From Piromyces finnis finn (Eukaryota > Fungi > Neocallimastigomycota): a DNA stretch of 64,000 nt. Positions 10,801 to 19,977 of this stretch are shown here, one piece after another (within the stretch, counting starts at the first letter, position 1; every line of letters starts with the position of its first letter). The notes under the pieces are model-generated. The model was not told the origin of the DNA. It worked only from the letters and a program-made list of their open reading frames with translations, and did no database searches. The stretch lies in the NCBI GenBank assembly GCA_002104945.1, contig MCFH01000005.1, forward strand, positions 248,001-312,000, in the 5' to 3' direction. The translations under genes were made by a program, and so were the position numbers.

Positions 10801-12350
10801 CACTGTATAATGAAATGGAATTTGGTATCCAGAAATGTTCAACGATGGTGATTCGTCCTGAATCAATAGAAAATCAGAACAAGAGAGATCCAACATTTTA
10901 CTTAGCAGGACAACCCATTCCAACTACTGATTGCTATACTTATCTTGGTGTTCCATTTGATAAGAATCTGTCCCTTAAACCAGTAATTAAAGCTCTTAAT
11001 AACAAGGTTTTGAAAGGACTTTTCTCAGTCAGTAAATTCTTAAGAAATCCTAATATTCCTATTCCTTTCAAAAAACTAGTACTTAACTCACAAGTAATCA
11101 GCAGAGTTTCATACTTTGCACCATTACTTGGATCCAACAAAGCTAGGTCTAGAATTGCTCAGAAGCATGTTAACAAAGGAATACGATGGGTTGCCGGAGT
11201 TCATAAAGCTGTATCGTTTATATCTTTATACTCTATCTCAAAAGATTTGAATATTCCTCCATTGTCAGCCAAATGTGCGTTAGCTCAGGTTAGATGTTTT
11301 AACAAATGGAAAAACTCAAATTGTATTATCTCACACCTTGTCAATTACATTCCTAAATTTAGAAAATACACGTGGTGCAAATCAAGTAGGACACTTGATA
11401 AAAAACTAAAGAAACATGGAGATGTTAAAGCAGTTAAAAACTTTTATTGGAAAGATCTCAAAGGGAATTCAATCAAAGCGCAATATTATGATGATAATAA
11501 ATTTATTGAAACTAAAGATTTTATTAAATTATGTTATGAGTACCCAGAGTTTGCCTATGGCTTCTACTGGCTATTGAAAGCAAGAAGCGGATACAAGTTG
11601 GATGCTAGAGTTGCCAAAGCTGCCAAATTTGTTGATCCAGTTTGTCCTAACTACTGTCCATGTTGCAAGTGTGGTGTTCAAAGTATTAAACATTGGTTAT
11701 TAGATTGTCCAACATTTAGAGATATCCGTATTAAACATTATGATTCCATAGTTCAGCTATTAAATTTTTTCAGTCAACGTAATTCCAATAGTCCTATCAA
11801 TAATAATGAAATTGATAATATCAGTAGAGATAGTAATAACATTAATAGTAATAGTAACAATAGTAGTAATAACAATAGTAATAGTAACAATAGTAATAGT
11901 AACAATAGTAATAATAACAATTATAGAAATAATAATATTAGTAATGATAGCAATAGTGAAGATAATAATTCTAATTTAGATAGTAATTTAGTTAATGTTA
12001 GTAATAGTTCTAATAATCCGGTGAATATTAATGTGTATGATTATTCTAGTGTGTACAGTAAAATATTTAAATTCCTTCTTGGGGGAAGAAGTTTTAACAA
12101 TATTAATTACAATTCAAGGGAATGGAAAGAACTTTGTAAGCGTCAGATTCAATCTGATACTAACGAAGGAACACCATTCTTGACGGTAACCGCGGAACTT
12201 CTAACCAAAATCATGCCTTTTGCTATTGGCCAGCAATGGTCAATGTTCAAAAGGTTTGAAGCAACATCCAAGAGCGTCAATGCTGAAGAAACAGTAAGAC
12301 AGGCCAGGAGGGCCAGCGCAACCAATGGAGATCATAATTTTGTTCCATGA
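7827..12350 (+). CDS. LINE A polyprotein: N-terminal RRM-like domain, Q/S/N linker, APE endonuclease, reverse transcriptase, CCHC zinc knuckle
   Basis: APE motifs SWNTNG, CFQET, LVGDFN, IDHAL, SDHKP; RT motifs GPDGIP, NYRGISL, QFGFR, FLDLRKAYDSV, GVRQGCPLSP, LFADD, YTYLG; C-terminal CPCCKC...HWLLDC. Uninterrupted 1507-aa ORF. Confidence 0.95.
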   Translation: MSVLYIKDKNYIRRGTRSYGIPLDDIRSFFIRGIRSWSVNMLWEKLEVILEDKFNSVISVKYFQTFNDHFFLVKVHGSSKDCIKILHMLKKKLSVTSISFSARSRRNHKYTFSTLKRKILVSNKHQHSIQQSFQQSVQQSHQQSDLQLDLQQDLQQVSNHENIPDLQQTQFHSQHSTINSNSSINSDNSSIVDSSSVSQPSSNSSTYSSDASSINNDDFNNNNNSNDSSSSNKPDNFSFCLSWNTNGWNHEKRDSISYFTAIFKPLFLCFQETGNGSGSNTDYPCRVTLRNYRHFFKKADESVPGMRGLYLGFHNSCQASLENFSGKYIISIYTFSLWNRFKCSIGNVYMPHSHHNIYVDHAKLEVRLWLQTHSSHPSILVGDFNMSKVKLSNWLSTNGLGDWEILPLRGSTISWTRGDQSSDIDHALINSKMKDLIHSGSFINNFYPVSDHKPLLINGKIIPMEDFSNDFNVPKKILKWNRLKCIEEKESILSHNKFQILSAKSNDPNVSTDELSKEFTSTAFSIADELSITSANNVIKSSFHISQQIFNLQKIKMKLYKRFKKERIYDIDEFIKRIKIYRKLIDYIHKRCNEFRKQEYLHWIKTGCEYMKSHNPKKAWKWIKKTAKIGKDSFFIAQPIKNKNGELVVATEEQLEVWHDHFEKLASDPSGVSLDLEHWYEEPMNKRFSLPMLDEWDINQDISIDEVKSAILTTPNYKASGPDGIPIEFYKALIPSSNDSNNATDNNSSGNTTSDNDAHGLNFILKLFNRIWDGDFPNSWNESSIVSIPKKGDLTDCDNYRGISLINNGIKLISKIVTTRISEYGLKNNFIRPEQFGFRKKEESISLFISIQEICRRRQLDNKETYLAFLDLRKAYDSVPIGNILHKLDCLGIRGKSLQFIKNLYLTSKANVKLDGQFSKSFDVKKGVRQGCPLSPILFNLFINDIFRECEDLGVSLGDTRCCGGLFADDIVICAPTRGCLKKMLRRVNEWALYNEMEFGIQKCSTMVIRPESIENQNKRDPTFYLAGQPIPTTDCYTYLGVPFDKNLSLKPVIKALNNKVLKGLFSVSKFLRNPNIPIPFKKLVLNSQVISRVSYFAPLLGSNKARSRIAQKHVNKGIRWVAGVHKAVSFISLYSISKDLNIPPLSAKCALAQVRCFNKWKNSNCIISHLVNYIPKFRKYTWCKSSRTLDKKLKKHGDVKAVKNFYWKDLKGNSIKAQYYDDNKFIETKDFIKLCYEYPEFAYGFYWLLKARSGYKLDARVAKAAKFVDPVCPNYCPCCKCGVQSIKHWLLDCPTFRDIRIKHYDSIVQLLNFFSQRNSNSPINNNEIDNISRDSNNINSNSNNSSNNNSNSNNSNSNNSNNNNYRNNNISNDSNSEDNNSNLDSNLVNVSNSSNNPVNINVYDYSSVYSKIFKFLLGGRSFNNINYNSREWKELCKRQIQSDTNEGTPFLTVTAELLTKIMPFAIGQQWSMFKRFEATSKSVNAEETVRQARRASATNGDHNFVP

Positions 12351-12585
12351 TAAAATTTTGATCTTTGGCTCGGTGTCCCATTGGAAGTCAAATACAATTA
12401 TTATACTTTAGTATGATAGTGGCTTTCTTACTTTAATTAAAATTACTAGAATACATTATACCCAATTTTTATTCATTTGTGTTTATTTAAACATATTTTT
12501 TTTATTTTTATTTATTTTTAATTTTTTATTACATGTATTATAATTTTAATTAAATTAATAATAAAGTGTAAAAATATTTGATGCC

Positions 12586-12647
<62 letters not shown>

Positions 12648-12682
12648 TAGAAATTAAAAATTACTTGTTGTAGTTAAAAAAA

Positions 12683-12745
<63 letters not shown>

Positions 12746-12799
12746 GTTTATTATTATTATTATTATTATGTTTATTATTATGTTTATTATTATTATTAT
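12683..12799. repeat. (TTA)n microsatellite between LINE A and LINE B
   Basis: Interrupted tta run directly visible; its end overlaps the upstream TSD of LINE B. Confidence 0.95.
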
Positions 12800-12805
12800 G
12801 AATAT

Positions 12806-12928
12806 CCCTCTTGGGAACGTGCCTTCATTTATTTAATAAATGTAGTTTCTCAAGGGGGTCTACTCATGCTCATGGTACTGAGAGAGTAGAAAGAATTAAA
12901 TCCAAGTATTGCGCAATGGATGCTTGGT
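12806..12928 (+). ncRNA. Extra truncated copy (123 nt) of the structured LINE leader, placed in front of LINE B
   Basis: Differs from 7056-7178 at one position (ccaagTatt) and ends just after hairpin 3. Confidence 0.7.
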
Positions 12929-12929
12929 G

Positions 12930-13100
12930 CCCTCTTGGGTACGTGCCTTCATTTATTTAATAAATGTAGTTTCTCAAGGGGGTCTACTCATGCTCATGGT
13001 ACTGAGAGAGTAGGAAGAATTAAATCCAAGTATTGCGCAATGGATACTTGGTTAGTCTTTATTTGGAAATATTATTAGGACTAAGCTCATGGTACTGAGC
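12930..13100 (+). ncRNA. Structured 5' leader of LINE B (complete five-hairpin module)
   Basis: Same stems as 7056-7224. Stem 3 reads CCAAGTAT/ATACTTGG (compensatory change), stem 2 ends GAGTAGG (wobble), and the loop of stem 4 differs while its stem is kept. Confidence 0.65.
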
Positions 13101-14333
13101 GAACAGAGTTGATAATTTGAGTGTTAGTTGTTATATCATATATCCCTTACACCTTCAACTTATTTTCTAGATAGTAGTTGCTTTAACAACTTTTATAACA
13201 TATTATTTTAAACTTAAAATTGTTTGATTCGGTAGTATTAAATACTGATTTTGAATATTTCTTGATTTCATTTTTATTTTAGCTTTCATCGATAATTTGT
13301 TATCCCAGTTTACTACTTATTCTCTTTGTTCTTTTATTCCTTTTTTATTCTTTATATGTTGATTAGTCAGATAGTTTTGTTTTTTCAGTTAGTTGGTTAT
13401 TCCTTTCATTTATTCTTGAGTTTCGTGTGGGGTGCAGCTTTCATTACTATAATCATATTTAATCTTTTATTTTTTCTATTTTTATTATTTTCGAGGGGCG
13501 CGGCTTTTTTATTTTTCCTTTATGATTTTATATGATTCTAGTAATATCTTTTTTTATTTCTTTTTTTTTTGTAACTCTAGATTTTCCAAGGAATCTCTTT
13601 TCTACTAACATTCTTTTGTATACTTTTTCTATCTCTTTTCTATATATATATATTTCTTATACTTTATATTATATGTATATTTATATATCTGTATAACTTA
13701 AGTAGGTTTATTATGGACTATTATGGTAAGTATTAACACCTTTTTTTCTTTAACATTTCTATTATCAAAGCTTCTATCCTGGAAAATCGAGTATTCTATT
13801 TTTATATTGTAAATACTACTCTTGTTTCAATTTTATCTTTAAATAAAAAAAAAAAAATTTTATTATGTTTACCCAAAATTCTTCAACTTATTTCCATTAT
13901 TTTTGATATAACAACTTTTCACTCTTATTATCTCTCTACCTTACAACATAAACAACCTATATGAATGTTCAATTTCAACAATCAGAATCAACACAATACA
14001 ATTATCATCCAATAAATTATACAATTCTTATTAATATAAAGAGCTTTCAAAATACAGTTATAATACAGAAATCCAAAGTGATAGATATTCAAAATTTATC
14101 TTTCCGTTTAAAGTCTTCAGTAGAGTTAGAACTAAGTTTGTCAACAACTTAGCCACTTTTCCAGTTATAAATTTAAAATATTGTTTGACAAATAATCCAC
14201 TTGCTATATATTATATCCGTCTTTACTATTATTATTTTTATTTTACTATATATTTTATTTCATTATCTTATTTATATCATTATATCAATACTTCAAACTA
14301 TTAATATCTATTGTCATAATAAGTTCTTTCAAA

Positions 14334-17300
14334 ATGAACAATACCAATTGTACTGTACCTACCTTACGACGTGGTCTTCGTTTCTTCGGATCTAACTCCA
14401 ATAAATCATATCTAATTTTTATCCATGATCTTAGTTCATGGTCAAAACAACGACTAATGGAATTTCTTTTAAAGGACATTCAACCTTTCAATGATATTCT
14501 TCAATCCCTCACCAAAAAATATTCACAATCACTCGGTATCTATTTCATTCTTAAAGTCAATGGAAAATGTCCGCTTAAAGCCATGTTACTTATACACTCA
14601 CTTTCTGAAAAACTCCCAATCTCTAGTAAAATATCTTGGAAATTCATTGATAAGCTCAAAAACAATAGATCATACAAAAACAAACGATCTATCAAATCTA
14701 CTACTGGTCCACTCTCTGACGATTTCTATTTTAGTCATCTAAGCTCTAATGCTTCCTTTTTCAACTTATGTACTTGTTGGAACATCAATGGTTGGAACCC
14801 GGAGAAAAAGGACGGTGTTTTATACTTCATCTCTGTTTTCAAACCTGTATGTGTCTGTCTTCAAGAAGTAGGTAACAGCCAATTCCTCTGTGGTAATGCA
14901 ATTTCCTCCCCATGCCTACCGAACTATAAACCAGTACACAGACGTGCTAATCCTAAAGTTCCAGGTATGAGAGGACTTTACATTGGTGTTCATAATTCTT
15001 GTTCCTTTACTCCTGAACCTCTTCTATATAAGTACATCATTTCAGTTACAATATTGTCATTTTGGAACCAGAGATGTACCATTGGTAATATTTACTTCCC
15101 GCAAACTAGATGGCCGGATGCTAGATTAATTGCCTTTGATGAACTTGATAAGTGGTTAACAACGCATAACAAATTCAACCACCCAGCTATCCTTGTAGGA
15201 GACTTTAATATGTCAGCTATTAAAATCAAATCTTATATATCACAACACTTCCCGGATTGGACTATGGCTGAGTTAACTGGTAATAATTTTACCTGGGAAA
15301 AAGGATCTAAATCTTCATGCATTGATCATATTATATACAACAAAGCTATGACAGAACACATAAACAAATCTTCAGTTTGTGAAGTTTTCCACGATGTTTC
15401 TGATCACAAACCGATCCTTGTGTCTTGTAAAAAAGACTCTTCGGATGGTTTCAAAAAGCCTAAGAAGACCTTTAAGTGGTCAAGTCATATCTGTAACACA
15501 AAGTGTTCTGACATTCTTACTAGTAATCGCTTTGCTGTTCTAGCTTCCGAGCTTGAAGCTAATTGTGATAGCCTTTCGGCTGACGATATGGTTTCAAGAT
15601 TTTTAGATACTTCCAAAACTATAGGTAAAGAAATAAAAGCCATTGTGCCCGCAGATTTAAAAGGTCCAGCATTCCATTGCCCTCAATACATCAAAAACTT
15701 ATCACATGAAAAACACCTGGCTTACAAAAATATTAAGCCCCTTTCAGATTGCGCTGACATGGAAAATTATCTTAACCAGTTCTCCATATACCAAAATCTA
15801 TGTAATACCATCAAAAAGGTTAAGAGCAAATTCAGATCCAATCTCTATAAAGCTAATATTGTTTCTATCGGTAAACATTTTATTGATAAAAGCTTTAGAC
15901 AAGGTTGGAAAGGCCTTAAAAAACTTGCCAAACCAAGTTATTCGTCCTCCCATGTTTCAACTATTAAGGACAAGAATGGCAAGGATTTATTTACTCCTCA
16001 AGAACAATTAAAACGTTGGGCTGAACATTATGAAAATCTTGCATCTGATGTTACAAATCACAGCTTAAATCGTGGTTACTGGGAAAGAGCCTTCCAATTC
16101 AACCATATCAACCAAATAGCATGAGATATAAATGGTCCCATTTCTATTGAGGAAATTAGAAATGTTGTTCTGTCAATGAAGAATAACAAGGCTCCAGGTC
16201 CCGATGGTATCCCAATTGAATTTTTCAAAGCTTTCTTTTGTAACGAAGAACTGGAGAAAGAACATAAGTCTGCTGGAAATTGTCTTAAATTAATTTTTAA
16301 TAAAATCTGGAATGGTTCCTTTCCTTTGAAATGGAACTCTGCTTCCATTGTTTCTATTCCAAAGAAAGGCGATCTCTCAGACTGTAATAATTATCGTGGT
16401 ATTTCTCTCATCAATGTAGGTCTTAAAATTATTTCAAAAATTGTAACTAATAGAATTTCAAAGTATGCTCTTTCTCATAATTTTATAGGACCTGAGCAAT
16501 TTGGTTTTTGCAATAAAGAAGAATGCATTATCTTATTTATTTCCATTAGAGAAATCTGTCAAAGAAGAAAATTTAAAGGAAAAGCCACTTATGTTGCCTT
16601 TCTAGACCTTAAAAAAGCATACGACTCAGTTCCTATTTTTAATATCCTTACAAAGTTATATAAATTAGGTATACGTGGTAAATGTTTTGATTTTCTCAAT
16701 AATCTCTACTCTACCTCTAAAGCTCGTGCACGTTTCTTGGATATGCTTTCCAATGGATTCCCTATAAACCGTGGTGTAAGACAAGGATGTCCTCTTTCTC
16801 CTATACTGTTTAACCTCTTTATCAATGATATTTTAAATAAATGTGAAAGGCTTGGAGTTAGCTTAGGTAATAAACGTTGTTGTGGTGGCCTTTTCGCTGA
16901 TGACATTGTTTTGATTGCTCCTAGTAAGAAGAACCTTCAAAAGATGCTCAATCTAGTCCTTGATTGGGCTAATTTAAATGAAATGTCTTTTGGAATAAAT
17001 AAATGTGCAACTATTGTTGTTAAACCTATCAACTTTAATAGATCCCCTAGTTATGTCGACCCAACATTTTACATCGGTATGTACTCGATTCCAAAGGTTT
17101 CTTGCTATACTTATCTTGGAATCCCATTCGACGAAGATCTTTCTTTGACTCCTATTCTGTCTAATATGTACAAAAAAGTTCAGAATTCTTTATTCTCTTT
17201 TAAGAACTTCCTCACCAACAATTGTGTTCCTATTGGCTTAAAAAACATAGTAATTCATTCTTATATTTTAAGCAAAGTATCTTATTATGCTCCTTTGCTT

Positions 17301-18631
17301 GGTTCCAACAAAAATAGAACTAGAAGAGTCCAATCTCTTATCAATACTGCTGTTTTATGGAGTGTCAATAGCTTTCACAATAAAAGTTTTAATAACAAAG
17401 ATTTTGTTTTTGAACGAAATTCATTTATTAGTCTGTATGCTCTTACAAGAGATATGAAGATTCCTACCCTTTCAGGTATTTGTGCTGCGCAACAAGTGAA
17501 ATGCTTTGTTAAATGGAGAAAATCAAATTGTATAATTAAAGATCTCGTCCGATCTATTCCTCCCATGTCTCATTACTCTTGGGCCAAAGAATCTTGTTCA
17601 CTACATAAGAAGCTTATGAAAATAAATATTAAAAGTACTAAAGATATTAGAGAATATTATTGGAATAATAGTAGCCTAAATAATGGAAGTAAAGCCCTCA
17701 GATATACTAACAACAAATTCCTTAATTCAAATCGCCTAATGCATATCGGTCTCAACAAACCTCACTTAAATTTAGGAATTACCTGGATTATTCGTATTCG
17801 ATGCGGTTATGAAAATACTACCCGAATTGCTATTGCCAGTAATAGAGTTACTCCTGACTGCCCTCGTGTCTGTCCATGTTGCGGATATGACGAACAATCT
17901 TTTTACCATTGGATATTAGAATGTTCTGCATTCTCTGAATACAGAGCTTCTTCACTTAGCTTTCTTGACGATCTTTTTACCCTTTTTTACAATAAATATA
18001 AGAACCAATTCATCACATACTTACTCCCCGAAACGGAAGTAAGAAAAATAATTTATAACTATTTTTTACGTTCCTTCTTGGTGGAACTTTAGCTTATGAT
18101 GAGCTACATATCGATAAGGCGGAACAAAGACATTTGAATGAACAGCTTTACAGTTCATCGGGGTCTCATGTTCCATATGTAGAGGGTCTCGCGGCTTTTC
18201 TTACTAAAACAATCCCTATCATTAGTAGCTCTATGAAGCTACTTTTTGATAGGTTTAGTAAGACACCTAACGTAATCAAGAGCGCCGACGTCGTACCGAT
18301 ATGGCAAAGGAACATTTCCAATGTTCCGTACACAGGGTTCAATGTTAGTATTTCCTCAAATTCGAATGAAAACATTATGAACTCATGGGAGAGTTTAGTG
18401 GACACCACACTATCATACCTGATGTTACTTCTTTTTTTTATTTCATTTAATTTATTAGGTAGGGACCAATCCCACACAGTACAAATTGCAGAGTTCATTG
18501 AACTTTTATGCAACTTAAATAATTATTTTATATTTTTTTATTTTTATATTTTTATTTATATATATTTTTTTATTTTTATTTATTATTTATTATATCATTA
18601 TCAATATGTATTATCACCTAATATTATGTAA
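14334..18631 (+). pseudogene. LINE B polyprotein (RRM-like, APE, RT, CCHC) broken by one nonsense codon and one frameshift
   Basis: ORFs 14334-16124 and 16176-18092 share a frame and are separated by TGA at 16122-16124, where LINE A has Trp (EWDIN). A 1-nt loss near 18070 shifts ...FLLGG into the frame of ORF 18134-18631, whose start aligns with the C-terminus of LINE A. Motifs include CWNING, CLQEV, VGDFN, SDHKP, GVRQGCPLSP, LFADD and CPCC...HWILEC. Confidence 0.88.
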
Positions 18632-18682
18632 TATCACTAATTAAGTAAGTAAATAAATAAAAGATGTGTATTCTCTTCCTAG

Positions 18683-18721
<39 letters not shown>

Positions 18722-19634
18722 ATTATGAATATTTTTATATACTAATTAATAAATTTTTTGATGATTTAATTAATTAAAAAAGGTATAACAAAAAATAAGC
18801 TTCAAAGAACAAATTATTGATTGTTATATTGTGGTTTATTTACAGTTATCTTCCATTAAAAAATTAAAAGAAAAATACAATAAAAAAATATTAATCTTTA
18901 ATATATAAATACTATTTAAATAAGAATATTTTTGAAGAGGTCTTTATTATAATAGTTATATATAATATCACTATTTATTTTCTTATTAATTCATATTTAA
19001 TTATAATAATTATAAAATATTAGAGTAAATAAAGTGTAAATAAAACAAAAAAATCAATTTAAATCGTTTTTTTTTTTTTTTTTTTTTTTTTTATTTATTA
19101 AATTTATAATATATGAAGTTTATTAATAACTTTTCACAATCATAATTATTTTTTTCCTTAAAATAAATATTAAATAATATAGCAATATTCATAATATTTC
19201 TTTTAGATATTATTAAACAAAATTTTTGTAATAATAGTAAGATACAATGTTTAAAAAATAAACTATTTATAAATTGGACTTAGTATTACAAAATGGAAAA
19301 ATGAAAAATATAATAATTTGAGTATAAATACTTAGAGTTAAAACCCTCAAATATATTAATTTAAAGAAAAGATATTTAGTATAATATAAGATAAGTAACA
19401 AATCAAAATTATTAATCAAACCTAATTCTCCTACAACTAATTAATCAGATATAACAGGAATTTTAATTTTACTATTACAAAACATCACTTACTAATAATT
19501 ATTATTATTTTAAAATTGCATTAAAATGATTTTATATACTATCCTTTATAAATTTATATGGCTATTAAAACACTTCTCTTATTTTATTGTATTTGAATAA
19601 ATAATAATTGAAATTAAGTGTATTAATTTTACTT

Positions 19635-19977
19635 AATTTTATAAATAAACATTCTTAAATTGTAAGAATATATAAATAATTCTAAATTTTATAAATAAAC
19701 ATTCTTAAATTGTAAGAATATATAAATAATTCTAATTTTTTAAAGTTTATTATTTTCAATAATTAAAAATTTTTAAAAATTTAAAGTACCAAAATAAATT
19801 ATACTAAATTTAATTCATAATTATAAAAATAATATAATTATTTATCTTAATAATTTTTTTATTTAATTATAAAACTACAAAACCTTTTTATTTCTTCTAA
19901 ATAAATAAACAACAATCTTTTTATTTAATTATAAAACTATAAAACCTTTTTATTTCTTCTAAATAAATAAACAACAA
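19635..19977. repeat. Two short local tandem duplications (about 50 bp at 19635-19735; about 57 bp at 19856-19977)
   Basis: ttttataaataaacattcttaaattgtaagaatatataaataattcta occurs twice; tttttatttaattataaaacta...aaataaataaacaacaa occurs twice. Confidence 0.8.

Larger units (their letters stand above)
12806..18719 (+). mobile_element. Full-length non-LTR retrotransposon, family B, lightly mutated
   Basis: 13-bp TSD ttattatgaatat at 12793-12805 and 18720-18732; poly(A) at 18686-18719; doubled structured leader at 12806-13100; APE-RT-CCHC coding region. Confidence 0.93.

Noticed and set aside
13101-14333. Short ORFs in the LINE B 5' UTR as a separate ORF1
   Set aside because: All are 70 aa or shorter, low-complexity, without recognisable motifs and not shared with LINE A.
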